A stretch of DNA of 64,000 bases from Octopus vulgaris (lineage: Eukaryota): contig OX597833.1 in NCBI GenBank assembly GCA_951406725.2, positions 68,076,001 to 68,140,000 on the forward strand, in the 5' to 3' direction. Numbering within the stretch: the first letter of the stretch is position 1; every line of letters starts with the position of its first letter. This document shows, one piece after another, positions 41,037-54,825 of this stretch. The position numbers were made by a program, and so were the translations under genes. The notes beneath the pieces were generated by a model, which had not been told where the DNA came from, searched no databases, and worked only from the letters and a program-made list of their open reading frames with translations.

Positions 41037-41171
41037 GGTGTACATCTATATTTAACGAGTGCATGTTCACACGAACATAGAGAGATCTTTGTTGGACTGT
41101 CTCGGAAATGGAAATGTCCTTAGAGAGAAGTTATACAAAAACCCACCGAAGTGTGCTATAAGATAAACTTT

Positions 41172-41296
41172 CTCGATATGAATCATGACTATAAGATACC
41201 CGCTTTTGGTTAAACTGCACCGCAAAATGTAGGAGTAGTTAGGAATCTAAATCGTAGGAGACAGACACCACACAACTTCAGTTTTATATATATAGA
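41172..41296 (-). mobile_element. Helitron, 5' end fragment
   Basis: Matches 11933-12054 (gatatgaatca..ggttaaactgcaccgcaaaatgt..atcgtaggagacagacac..tatatatagat). The CTAG end is missing. Confidence 0.8.
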
Positions 41297-41612
41297 TTAA
41301 CTGCCGTTTTATTACACAAACAGCAAAGTATAACTATGCAAGTGCATGCAAAATTTTGTCAGTCTAGAATTCATTAATTAATTATCGGCACCCAAATCAA
41401 CACTGATAAAAACACAGCTGTGAGTATCTGAATTTAACTTCCTGCGCAGTGAAGCGGAAATATATCTTCCATTTCGTCTGTTTCCATATAAGAACGGTCC
41501 TACATCTCGATGACGTCATTCTTACCCTACGCCCCTATGAGGATAATTGCTCTTCCCAGATTATTAGTGAAGATCTTTTCGTGCTTAAGTGAATAGCGTC
41601 TTCTTAAATATT

Positions 41613-41930
41613 GAAGGAGCGTGGCTTAATGGTTAGGGGTTTCGGCTCACAGTCATAAGGTTGTCAGTTCGATTCCTGGTGGTGATTGTTTCTCTGAACA
41701 AGACGCGTCATTTCACGTAACTCCTGTCCATTCAGCTGGCAAAAAACGACCAGTAAAACACAGGGCTAACCGTATCACATTCTGTGCCACGGCAATTCTC
41801 CTTGAGAAATATGTTACGGGTAAAGGTGTCTGTGGAGTGCTCGGCCTCTTAAACGTTAATTTCATGAGAACGCGGTTCTATTGGTCGGTTCAGCTGGAAC
41901 ACTGATCGTTATCACTAAAGGAGTGCCTGT
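41613..41930 (+). mobile_element. tRNA-headed SINE family 3
   Basis: gcgtggcttaatggttaggg (A-box-like), agttcgattcc (B-box-like), tgaacaagacgcgtcatttcac CORE-like block. Related pieces at 13290, 32690, 54830 and 57310. Confidence 0.7.
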
Positions 41931-42347
41931 CTTGTTAAATATATTGTGCAGTTTTCTCCCTACTTTGCTCGTTCTCTCTCACAATCTCTCATATCTATCA
42001 ATGTGTGTATGTATGTGTGGTAAGCTTCTTGCGACATAATTCTCATTTACTGAAAAGCGTTGCTTCCACTTCAACATCAATTTCTAAAATCGTCTCGTTA
42101 AATGCAACAATTACCAACTGCTTTCATCGTGTTATCCAGCACAACCAAAAGGAATGTAATTTAACAGATAAAATTGTGATCCACTTTTCACGTCGAACGT
42201 GGTCAAGCGTTCTCTAATCCCCGAGGTCTGATCCACAACATAAGTCCTTCTGTGCGTATTAAACCCTTGCGACTTATCAACATTTTAATGATAAATATAT
42301 AATGCAAGGAATAATATTTTTTTGACAAGTGCGCCCGCGTGTATGTA

Positions 42348-42843
42348 TACTCTTTACTCTTTTACTTGTTTCAGTCATTTGACTGCGGCCATGCTGGAGC
42401 ACCGCCTTTAGTCGAGCAAATCGACCCCGGGACTTATTCTTTGTAGGCCCAGTACTTATTCTATCGATCTCTTTTGCCCAACCGCTAAGTAACGGGGACG
42501 TAAACACACCAGCATCGGTTGTCAAGCAATGCTAGGGGTACAAACACAGACACACAAACATATACACACACATACATATATATATATAACAGGAAGCTTT
42601 ATGAAAAGAAACAAAAAACGAAGGCAGGTGGAATACAAAAAAACAATTGTATTAGTATGGCGCTCAGGAATATAAATGAAACAAGTCTTTTACGTTTCGA
42701 GCCTACGCTCTTCAACAGAAAGATACACAGAAAAGAAACACGGAGAGAAACAAGGAGAAAAAAATGCGTGCAGAAGCTAGCGAATCGGGCCGACCAATGT
42801 CTTGTGAGTGGATTTGGTAGACGGAAACTGAAAGAAGCCTGTC

Positions 42844-42886
<43 letters not shown>

Positions 42887-43051
42887 TACGACAGGCTTCT
42901 TTCAGTTCCCGTCTACCAAATCCACTCACAAGGCTTTGGTCGGCCGGGGGCTATAGCAGAAGACACTTGCCCAAGGTGCCATGCAGTGGGACTGAACCCG
43001 GAACCATGTGGTTGGTTAGCAAGCTACTTACCACACAGCCAATCCTGCGCC
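42348..43051 (-). mobile_element. SINE family 1 interrupted at its internal TA tract by a family A element
   Basis: 3' half at 42348-42588 and 5' half at 42888-43051 are colinear with the consensus. Insert spans 42591-42845. Confidence 0.88.
42591..42786 (-). mobile_element. HHR-bearing element family A, diverged subfamily
   Basis: HHR at 42686-42723 on the minus strand: TCTTT-CTGTTGA-A-GAGC GTAG GCTC-GAAA-CG-TA-AAAGA. Downstream ttcctgagcgccatactaatac..ccacctgccttcgt. Confidence 0.8.
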
Positions 43052-43429
43052 TTTGTGTAATTATGCATATTTTTGTGCGCGCTTCTTTTCTTTTATGTTT
43101 ACGAGGATTATTATATACTCTCTTTCTGCTAATACGCGTATTGGAACTGTCCCAATTACGATTTTAAATTTTTGCGTCTGTTTCCTTCCCTCTCAACTTC
43201 ACTGATAAATTTCCGCTTCTCTCTTTTCCCTTTTATTCTACCTTCGCTTCTGTTTTGTGCATGCGTTTAGTCTTTTCAAATCAATTTCTTTCTAACTTAC
43301 TCACATCCATACCTGTTAACCACTCTCAATCTCTCCCTACTTACTTACCTACAGCTTTACCTACGAACCTACTTTCCTATATAAAAAAACATTTCTATCT
43401 ACCTATCCAGCTGTGTACCTATTTACATA

Positions 43430-43820
43430 TATACATACAAATGTACATATACACTGATATATTATTAGGGTTACCTATGTCAAAATATACGTACATGAAT
43501 ATGGGTAACTTATACACACATACAAGTATGTATTTGTACATACATATATATAATGTATATATGTACATGTATATATATACGTTTATATTTATAAATATAC
43601 TTATACATACGTATATATATATATATACATATATATACTTTATTGATACACAATTATATGTACGTGTGTGTATATTTAAGTTATATATATATATATATAT
43701 ATATACTATTTTATATATATAGACATGTATATGTATGTATGTGTATGTATGTATATTATATATATATAAAAGGACACAAACATACATATACGCACATACA
43801 CGCATATATGTATGTGTATG

Positions 43821-43878
<58 letters not shown>

Positions 43879-43910
43879 TACACACACACACACACATGCA
43901 TACGCACACA
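43430..43910. repeat. Degenerate (TA)/(TG)/(CA) microsatellite region
   Basis: Direct reading. Confidence 0.85.
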
Positions 43911-45130
43911 CAGTGGACACATTATTTTGCCGGAACCAAATCTAATCAAAGAATACATTTCGAAGTTAATGGCATGAAACTCTTTCAAGCACTGAATAAC
44001 TCTCTATGAAATAGATTGAGTTAGGCAGCAGCGAAACTATTACCATTATTTCTACATATTCATTTATTCATTTTACTTATTTTCACTGATTTCCATTTAT
44101 TTATTTATTTATTTATTCATCTATCTACTTATTTATTTATTATTGATCTCATTTACGATCGATTTTTGCCGATGAGTCAAGCGATATCTACTTCAATTAT
44201 TTAAATTGTTTGCCGATCAGAATGACGACTCTGCTATTTTTTTCTTCTTCTTTTTATGAAACCAGGAACGACCGATTCATGTGGAGTGCACTGTTGTCAA
44301 ATCTTATACATATTCATGTTATAGTTGGTGTCATTGTATCCAAGCAAGGCGTGATTGAGAAGTATTATGATCGAAGACATTCCAGACATAATCATCTTTG
44401 CTTTTCGACGATAAAGTCTACGTTATCGAACGGACATTTGACTCATGGTTATTTTGAACGAAAATGATGTGCTTTTGAAGGTTTATGTGACTGAAGCTTG
44501 TAGAAGAGAGGGTATTAATCTAGAACCTATTATGGCCATTATGGCAGTTTACCACTTCTTACAAAATGAGGACCAGATATATAGATGAGCATATAGACTG
44601 ATTGGTGGAGACAGACACATCTATGAATATACAGTACGAATATTTCTGTCTAACCATTTACCATTTACTCTGCATATTCTGTCTTTTTCTTTACACTTAG
44701 TGGAATATATAAGACAAGGTATAAATAATGGCGATTACATAATTTTCTTTATTGCAGTAAATTTATATTGTTAAGCAGAAATGATTTCTCTGGCGAAATT
44801 AGCATTAACTTTTTAAGTCGATCAATTCTTCTCACCCGATCAATGATCCGAGAGAGTAAAGCTATCAATGACAAACCTATTATGACTACCAGAAATAGTT
44901 GTAAGTCACATTTACTACAATAATGATTAAAATAATTGTCATTATTTATTTTATCTTCACTTGTATCCCGCTCTCTTTATGTCTCTGACTCTTTCTGTCC
45001 ATAATCATATATGTGTGTGGTTCACATGTACAAGAAACGAAAGACAGATTGGTGATGGAAAAGTCTTTGATGTTCCGAGCTTTCTCTCTACCATAGACAG
45101 GCATGAGAGGAAAAAATAGAATATACATAT

Positions 45131-45248
45131 AGGAAGAGTTTACGAAAAGAAACAAAAGACAAAAGCAGGTGTACAAAACAATCAGACGTATTAGTATAAC
45201 ACTCAGAAATAGAAAAAGTATTTTACGTTTCGAGCCTACGCTCTTCTA
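45131..45248 (-). mobile_element. Family A element, 5'-truncated inside the HHR core
   Basis: Minus strand (TA)n-tagaagagcgtaggctcgaaacgtaaaa...tctgagtgttatactaatac..gtacacctgc..cgtaaactcttcct. Confidence 0.78.
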
Positions 45249-45274
45249 TATATATATATATATATATTTTTCTG

Positions 45275-45583
45275 GTGGCCCTCTCAGATATGCCTTCCAC
45301 TGTACAGTCAACCAATCTGACCACTTATGCTGACAACACAAAAATATCGTCGGCAGTTACGAAGCCAGATGACATCATAACATTGCAGAAAGACCTGGAC
45401 GAAATTTACAAATGGGCTAACAACAATAACATGCAGTTCAATGGAATGAAATTTCAGGCACTCCCTATCGGTCAAACACCAGGCTAGGCTAAAATCGGAA
45501 AAAGCTGGACAAGAAGGTAATATGATCCCAGAGTCAGAGTCGGTGCGTGCACTGGGGGTTCACATGACCAATGATGCAATATT

Positions 45584-45586
<3 letters not shown>
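45275..45586 (+). pseudogene. Non-LTR (CR1/L2/Jockey-type) reverse transcriptase fragment
   Basis: SDMP..YADNTKI..LQKDLDEIYKWANNNNMQFNGMKFQAL is the YADD domain plus the LQ.DL..L..W...N.M.FN..K motif. After a disruption it continues ESESVRALGVHM (VRDLGV motif). Bounded by (TA)n. Confidence 0.88.
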
Positions 45587-45623
<37 letters not shown>

Positions 45624-45651
45624 GAGAAAGAAGCAACAAGAATGGATTAGT

Positions 45652-45740
45652 TTTTAGTACAATTGTTTCATACAAAGACAGGCTTTATTAAAAGTTGCAA
45701 AAATTGCAGCAGATAAGTGTCCCGTACTCATCAGCTAAAA
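45652..45740 (-). ncRNA. Type-I hammerhead, canonical core, extended stem II
   Basis: Minus strand TTTTAG-CTGATGA-GTACGGGACA...TGTCTTTGTAT-GAAA-CAATTG-TA-CTAAAA: 6-bp stem I, long stem II with internal TGCAA/TTGCA hairpin, ACAATTGT palindrome, GUA triplet. Confidence 0.8.
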
Positions 45741-45799
45741 TACATATGAGTTCTCATATATATATATATATAATATGTAACACTTAATCTATAGCCGTG

Positions 45800-45858
45800 A
45801 TAAAACTCAAAGTTTCGGATGTCGGGGTGGAAACCCATGCCAGCATGTCCTCAGTTAT
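45800..45858 (-). ncRNA. Type-I hammerhead, canonical CUGAGGA core
   Basis: Minus strand ATAA-CTGAGGA-CATGCTGG..CCGACATCC-GAAA-CTTTGAG-TT-TTAT: stem I ATAA/TTAT, imperfect stem II, ACT..AGT stem III, GUU triplet. Confidence 0.6.
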
Positions 45859-45861
45859 TGG

Positions 45862-46028
45862 GCCGATGCTGGTGTGTTTATGTCCCCGTTACTTAGCGGT
45901 TTGGCAAAAGAGACCGATAGAATAAGTACTGGGCTTACAAAAGAATAAGTCCCAAAAGAATAAGTTGCTCGATTAAAAGGCGGTTCCCCAGCATGGCCGC
46001 AGTCAAATGACTGAAACAAGTGAAAGAG

Positions 46029-46030
<2 letters not shown>
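45862..46030 (+). mobile_element. SINE family 1, 3' half
   Basis: ccgatgctggtgtgtttatgtccccgttacttagcgg ... ctgaaacaagtgaaagag(TA)n. Confidence 0.88.
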
Positions 46031-46060
<30 letters not shown>

Positions 46061-46804
46061 GGCATTTTTGCTTCGTAAATATATGGTACACGCAACCGTT
46101 CTTTCAAAGAAGTATTTTGAAATGTTTCGTTTCAATTGTCGGAACCGTGACACTTTAGATTCACAATCGAAGAAAATTCATATTATTCTAGCTCTCTAAT
46201 GATCGTATTTGCTGGAATAGTCCTTTGTAAACACAAAACTCCAGTAATACGAACTCACGCACGCACATTCATACATCTACGAACGAATAAAACGCAGAAA
46301 TAAATATATCGATATATATATTCGCATATAGGATTACAAACTCCCTCGTGCTATAAATCAATGAAGCGAGGAAAATGAAGCTATAGATCAATTCTGTTCT
46401 TTATGTTGGTGAATATACCGAAGAAATGCTGGAAATGTAAAAGACAGAAAATGTCTTTGCTGAAGCCGAAATCAAAAGGTGTAATCATTCGTTCTTCAAA
46501 TGTCATGTTATTCGCTTCTTTTCATGTGACGTCAATCAGTACCATTCATAGAAGAAGTGAGCAACAATTCAACCAATCGTGTTACTGTCTAACTCCAGGT
46601 CAGATCTGTACCAGGTGACCTTTGATCAAAACATATTTCTACGAAAACGGAATCGAACACAGAAACACCATTCAGAGAATGTCTTTTCTCCACAAGACGT
46701 TAGGGAACGATTTTGACGTTGGCATGACTGCTATTTCTCTTGCGTGTCGATGAATTGGTTACCAGATCAATTATTGTGAAGACCAGCAAAATCTTGTTGA
46801 TATA

Positions 46805-46850
<46 letters not shown>

Positions 46851-47352
46851 TATATTAGGTGAGCTTTGCTTAGCTAGCCATTTGAATATAAAGAAATGTC
46901 GTATCCGCTATGATAAAGTTTTCTTTTTCTTATGAAAAAACATTTACGGCGAACAGGAGGTGATTTAGAGAAAGGTTTGCTAGTCATTGCCTGCAAGTTG
47001 GTGAAATAATTTTTTTTGTTGTAGAGCCTGTTATGAAGTTTCATTAAGTGGTTCAATGATGAGAAATATTCAAAACAAAAATGTCCTTTATTTACCCTCT
47101 ACTGATTGTATCCGAATCCATATTACTTATGTGAATTTTCAATCTCTATTGGCGATTTTGCTGAAGTATCTGTAGCTACCTATAGCTACTTTCAGCCCCC
47201 AATTGCAAAAGGTTTACAGACTGGCCTGAGATTGTTTCGTACTGCTGTTCATCAATCTCAGGCCGCCCCTGATTGAAAAGACTTATGATTTACGATATTT
47301 CAGTAGTAAGTATTTTGATATGTCTCTCTGTCCGTCTGTCTTTCTCTCTCTC

Positions 47353-47965
<613 letters not shown>

Positions 47966-48499
47966 CACAATTTTGTTCACTCCATATGAGAATGAAAGAA
48001 ACATCGTTTTAATCACTAAATGTTGAAAGATATTTGCTTGAATATATACCAAATTGTCAAAAGCCCGCACCCCCAAATGTTAATGTGTATTGATATTTCG
48101 ACTTTAAAGAAATACAAAAACTATGATAATTATTAGTCTCTTACACATTAAAATTTCTAATTGTATCCTCGAAAAATGCCGTAAAATAAGGATGACAATA
48201 CCGATCTAAAAATAATTCAACACAAATTGATGATGACGACCGTTTTAGGACTCTTTAGTTGTAATTCAGGACGGTGGATTGACAGAATCGTAAAATAAAT
48301 AAAATTCTTGCCCTAACCTTTCGGAATATTCAAGTTATGAAAAGCTTGTTCAACTTTTCGTGTCATTCTCCTGGGTCGATAAAAGGAGCTACCAATCTAG
48401 TATGAGGGTCGATGATATTGACTATTTTCCGCCCCCACAAATTACCTCTGTTTTCGTAGGTATTGTGAAATTATAATGATGTGACCTCAGTAACTATCG

Positions 48500-48700
48500 G
48501 TTTCATAATTTGACACAAGGGAGTTGGGGATAATCCTATTACATCGACTCCACTGCCTAACTGATACTTATTTTTTCGACCCCGAAAGGTGTGAATGGTA
48601 AAGTCAGCATCTGCGACACTGAAACTCAGAACGTAAAACAGAATAAATATCGCTAACCATTTTGCCAGGCGTGTTAACCATTCTGCCACCTGCGCACCTT
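48500..48700 (-). mobile_element. SINE family 2, decayed; a plus-strand decayed copy precedes it at ~48268-48440
   Basis: tcgaccccgaaagg...aactcagaacgtaaaacag...ttaaccattctgcca. Confidence 0.65.
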
Positions 48701-49147
48701 ATTAGCAATAAGTAATAGCAGATGTTTTAGTTTTGCTTCAAGATATTCTAATTCCAAACCGCTTACCACTTGAGTCAGTTTTTCATTTTGAAACTATAAA
48801 TTGAATGCGTAGGGGTTCCTCTAAAATAATTTCACGTGTAACTATTCTGCTTTAGTTATTTATCTATTTACAAAAATAATAAAAAATGAAGAAATATTTT
48901 TTCATTGAATTCAAATCAAATTAAATACCTTGTGTGAATTAATGTTACGAAAAATATTCTAAAATATTGATATTTTTTTTAAAGAGTTGCATTCATTAAA
49001 TGAGAAGAGATAAACACCCTTTGCGTGCCTTCTACCTTTTCGCATTGGAACATTTATGATGCGAAAGCTGGAATTACAGTGAGCTGAGCTTGCACTTGGC
49101 TGTTAATAACTCTAGCTATGGAGACTGAAGCAATATGATGTGAACGC

Positions 49148-49360
49148 AAGGCAGCTAGCTGGGAAAAGCGTTAGCACGCCGGGCGAAACGCGTTCCGGTA
49201 TTTCGTCTATCTTTACATTCTGAGTTCAAATTCCGCCGAGATCGACTTTACCTTTCATCTTTCAGGGCCGATAAATTAAGTACCAGTTGCGTACTGGAGT
49301 CGATCTAATCGACTGGTCCCCACCCCAAATTTCTGGCCTTGTGCCTTGAGTACAAAAGAA
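49148..49360 (+). mobile_element. SINE family 2
   Basis: aaggcagctagctgg..gttagcacgccgggcgaaa..ttctgagttcaaattccgccgagatcgacttt..gataaattaagtaccag..ggccttgtgcct. Confidence 0.88.
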
Positions 49361-49452
49361 TATCATATGAACGCTTTCTTCGACTACAGATCATTCCAAG
49401 CGGTAAAATAATCAAAACTTCCAGTTCTTCAGCTCAATTCTCAAACCACTAC

Positions 49453-49540
<88 letters not shown>

Positions 49541-49631
49541 AACGTAAGCAAGAATTATTTCATCTTTTATATTTTGTTTTAGTCATTAGAATGCGGCCAT
49601 GCTAGGGCCATACTTTGCAGAATTTTAGCAG

Positions 49632-50200
49632 AACGAATGCTGACATAATCCTTGCTTTCAGATCCTTTTTGATGTTACAAGGAGTTTTGTTGGTCTCTTA
49701 CTCAACTGCACCCAAAGTATAATTATTAAGGTGTTTGCAGTATGAGCAGTTAGGTGCCCAGATGTGATGGGGTCATGAGGTCGCAGAAACTGTTTCGCAG
49801 CCATGACTGAATTCCTCTGCTTGTGTGGCACGGTGCAGAGTCTTGTTGCCAGACATAGGGCCTCCCAACAGCCATCCACTTGACCCAGGGCAGCACTACC
49901 TCTTCCAGGCACTTGATGTAGGCTTCTGTGTTGAGACTGAGGCCGTGTGGGAAGATGAATGGAACATAATTCCGCCATCACTAGTGATCACGACAAACAT
50001 CATGATGCTGACTGGATTTATGTTTTTATTACTCTCGGTACATGCTTTAGGGACATGCATTGTCCTCAGATTGACACCCAAACACACCGAAATCTCCGTA
50101 GTGGAGCTCCAGCCATGAATACCAAGCAGTACAGGCATGAATACCAAGCAGTACAGAGTGAATTGCTTCATGGTGCTGTTTTTCATACAAGCGATGCCCA
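49632..50200 (-). pseudogene. Decayed Tc1/mariner-superfamily (maT/DD37D-like) transposase
   Basis: Frameshifted translation: PVSIMMFVVITSDG / FIFPHGLSLNTEAYIKCLEEVVLPWVK..GRPYVWQQDSAPCHTS / WAPNCSYCKHLNNY..GAVE*ETNKTPCNIKKDLKARI. This gives the QQDSAPCH motif and a decayed WPPNSPD.NP motif. Confidence 0.85.
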
Positions 50201-50758
50201 ACTGCCCCTAATATACTGTGTAGTCGACAAAATCGAAAATTAGAATGCACATGCGTAAAATTAAAAAATATAAAATGGCGACGATTTACCTATCGCATCC
50301 TATATATATAGAAGATGTGTTCTCGCACATTCACAGACCATCCACACGCTGATAATTTTTTCTTTTTCCAAATCTAGACATCATAAAGAGCATCTCATAT
50401 GCGAAGGAAATTTGACAGCTTTCTCAATAAATATTCTTTAATTTTTACATTCACCAAAATCTTGTAATGAAATGTTTCTTTAGAAATTTCATTCAGACAT
50501 CTTTAATTCCACTCTCTTTAATAGTTCGCTATACTCATCAATATTCTACACATTTCCAAAATCACGGAAGAAGAACCTAAAATAAAACACTTGATGCATA
50601 GTTATTCTGCAGTGAATGTCAAAATAGGAAATATTTTTCATTTTACTATGTTGCTGTTGTTGTTTTTGCTGTTATTATTGTCATTATTAATTTTTCTTAC
50701 CGTCTATATTATCATCAATACTATTTTCGTTATTAGCGTTATTATTGTAATTATTATT

Positions 50759-50792
<34 letters not shown>

Positions 50793-51470
50793 CGATTATC
50801 ATCGTCATCATAATTATTATTATCGCCATTAATTTTTTTTTTCTTTCAAATTTTCCTTTTGTTTCGTTCTTTAAAAATTTTTAAAATTCATTCACCAACT
50901 TCAATATTCAATACAGATCTTTCATTTTAGAGATATTCAATAATTTATCTGTGAATTAATGCCTGTAAATAGCATAGTTAATATCACCATTTATTTTCAG
51001 ATTAAAAAACAGAAAAAAAAAAAGCTGAAACACGTTCTATTCTTTGCTATTTATTTCTGACTTTCTGATGTCATTTAGCCCCCTGTTATAGTTGGTTATT
51101 TTTGTTAAACATTTCTTTCATACGGCTGCTTTCATCTCTTGTTTACGTCTATTTTAATGTCTTTATATGTTTCTAATTGACTATTCAAATAATTAATATT
51201 TTAGATTAGTTTTCTGCGTATATATTTGGTTGTTAATGATGTTTTTTTTTTAAAAAATATTTTCTGTCTGGTTAATGTAACATAAAAGTATTCTTCGTTC
51301 TATCAAGTATATCTACTAACGTGTAGACACACACGCAATCATAAGCACACATCCATTCATATATGCACATTGAAATATCTACACGCACACACTCTAATAT
51401 TAATAATAATAATGATAATAATAATAACGATAATTATTATTATTATTATTATTATTGGTGGTGGTGGTGT

Positions 51471-51660
51471 TAAGGCGGAGGGGAGCTGGCAGAATCGTTA
51501 GCGGCATTTTGTCAGTCCCGTATACTGAGTTCAAATTCCGATTGACGTTGACAGTCATCATTTCGGGATCGATAAAAAAAGGACCAGCTAAACACTGGGG
51601 AGTCGATGTAATCGACTTATCCCAATCTTTTCCTACCTGGCCTTGTAGCAAAAATTGGAA
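51471..51660 (+). mobile_element. SINE family 2 followed by (CTA)(CTG)(TAA) tracts
   Basis: aaggcggagggagctggcagaatcgttagc..ctgagttcaaattccg..ctggggagtcgatgtaatcgact..ggccttgt. Confidence 0.75.
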
Positions 51661-51712
51661 ATACTACTATTACTATTGCGACTGCTACTACTACTACTAC
51701 TGCTCTACTACA

Positions 51713-51861
<149 letters not shown>

Positions 51862-52749
51862 TAATAATAATAACATTCAGGCAATGATCTGCCAAGATCG
51901 TTAGCATGCTGGGCAAAATATTTCGCAGCATTTCGTCGTCAGCGAACTTATTTACCCTATTACTGCGGAAATCACGTATATCCCCTTAAAATTTCATTAC
52001 CCTCAACGGAACAAAGCGATCTTAACTCGTGGCCGGAGTCAAAGTTACCTGTAACATTATATTCTTGAATCAGCATTGATTCAAGAAACGAATGTTACTT
52101 CAAATATTCATATGATTTCAGTTATCGATCCAAGTGCTCAAAATATATCTGCTGATCTTTCCTCTTCCTCAGAGGCAAACATTCCGTAGAATCTCTACAA
52201 AACACCGCATTCCAATCTCCTTCATCCATTTTCTATTTCTTAGCTCACAGCCCCTAATGCATCAATTATCACAAGCACCACCTTTACAGACTTAATATTT
52301 CAAATCCTCGAAATCTCAGATTTTAAGCGGTTGTACTTTTTCAAATTTTCATTGGCTTGCTTTAGAAGCCTAATATTAAACTGAGATGAAGAATCAATCA
52401 GTATGCAAATTCGATTTCTCTTGTCTATTACCGCAATATCGCGCCTGAAATGTTTCGTCTTTTGACGGATCAATTAATATGTAAATAAGATTTTTGCTTG
52501 TCTCTTACTGTATCACAATATATTCCAATGGAAACATAAAACAAAACAAAGGATGAAGAGCAAAAAATACCAATTATCATTTCCTTTTAAGCAACACACT
52601 TACTTCACAGTAATTCGACATGACAGGAAGCTTTAGGCGTTCATATGTGATAGCAACTGGGTTGGACGAGAAATGCCCAGGAAGGAGAAAACTTGACGAT
52701 GCAATTCGTGTATTTTTTACGTGTTTTCAACAATATTTAGCTGAAAGGA

Positions 52750-52795
52750 AATATATATGTATGACTGCGTGTGTGTATGTGTATATATATATATA

Positions 52796-52826
<31 letters not shown>

Positions 52827-52827
52827 G

Positions 52828-52862
<35 letters not shown>

Positions 52863-52967
52863 ATATATATGTATGTGTGTGTATATATATGTGTGTATAT
52901 ATATATATATGTGTGTGTGTGTATATATATGTGTGTGTATGTGTGTGTATATATATGTGTGTGTGTG

Positions 52968-53052
<85 letters not shown>

Positions 53053-53272
53053 ATATATACATATATGCAGTTATTCATATACAAATGTGTGCACATCTCA
53101 GCCTCTCTATCTATCTATATATGAAAATACATATAAATATATATACATACATACACACACACATATATATATATATGCTTGTATATGTGTTGTGTTATTG
53201 TGCGTGTATATGTGAGTCTTAGTGTAAGCATGTATGTATATATATATAAGTATGTATGAATTCATGTTTGTG

Positions 53273-53303
<31 letters not shown>

Positions 53304-53350
53304 ATGAATTCATGTTTGTGTATATATATATATATATGAGTATGTGTGTA
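52750..53350. repeat. (TG)n/(TA)n compound microsatellite
   Basis: Direct reading. Confidence 0.95.
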
Positions 53351-53734
53351 TATGAATTGATTGTATACATTTAGGTGTTGGGAAATATTTCCAAAAGCAT
53401 GAAAGGAATTTATGTTACAATGTCTTCAAAATTATGTTTTAAATAAAAAAAAATATACAGTTTCTATGTACTTATTTCTTGGTATTGAATTTGGAGGAGA
53501 ATATTCGCATAATTGTAGTGTCTTGAATATGGCGTACAAGTGCATTAGAAGCAGAGCGCTGTATCTAATTTTTGTGACACACAGACACACACACACAATA
53601 ACATATGTTTTTGTATATACAAACTCAGATATAGACTATGCATACATACATCATTGCCCATGTTTCTTTCTCTCTCTCTCTGTCACTCTCTGTCTCTATC
53701 TATCTATTTTATATATATATATATATGCATGTAT

Positions 53735-53800
<66 letters not shown>

Positions 53801-54825
53801 ATGTTTCTGTCTCCATGTGACCATTACTGTACTATACTTCCAAAGTACTTATCTACAGTTTCTTAAGACACTTATAATACCGGAATAATTCTACTCTAAA
53901 TCGAAAATAGCGAAATAAGTACATGGAATTTATAAATTGTGAAAATATATTTTACAATAGGTTCTTTGAAAAGAAACGCTTATAAATTTCTTGTAAAAGT
54001 ACCAAGAACCTGACGTAAATATTCAATTCGTATGTATGCATGTGTGTGTGGCGTGGTTGAGTAAGTGTACTTTTGTATGTATGTATATAATTAGTCTTCC
54101 CTCAGTTCGTTCATATTGCTAAACTTATCAAAATGCATCAGGTCCATATTTATGAGTTTGCTCCTATTTTAGCAATAGCTTAAAATATTTCAGCGATAGA
54201 CAAGAAATAACGAAGCAGCAAAAATGTATTTGTAACTGTAAGTATAGGATTTCTGTCCTCCTCTAACCCTCCTGAAAGAGAAGCGCTAAAGAAGAGATAC
54301 ACAGGCTCTCAAATTTAAGCCCATGGGGACTTCAAATTTGATCATCACAAGTCGCCTGTTCTCGTCGTTCACCTTGAAGACTGGCGTCCCACTGTCTCTC
54401 AGGCAAGGGCCTCTTTTCAATACATTACAGGGCCAACATTGTCACAAGCAAGTAGGGAAAATTAGAGGCAAACTAAGACCCAACTTAACCCTTACGACTT
54501 CTCATGCTGCCTCTGTGGTTGTGCCTGGTTGGCTTGAAATGGAGATGAACATTCGAGCAACAGAGGTGTACCTGCTCCTGCGTAAGACTACCGTAGTGAA
54601 ACCTACCCAAGAATACGACCTCAGATGACTCCTTGTATATAGTAGAAGAATATGCTGAATTACATTACAACGTTCTCATAACCAAACATTTACTTATATG
54701 TTGTTGTTTTAATTTATCTGTCTATACGAACAACAGAAATAGTAGGAACAATACAATACTTGAGCTTAGTTATTTTGCTTACACAAGCTCACACTCCATC
54801 GAGCTGATCAATGAACATAAATTAA

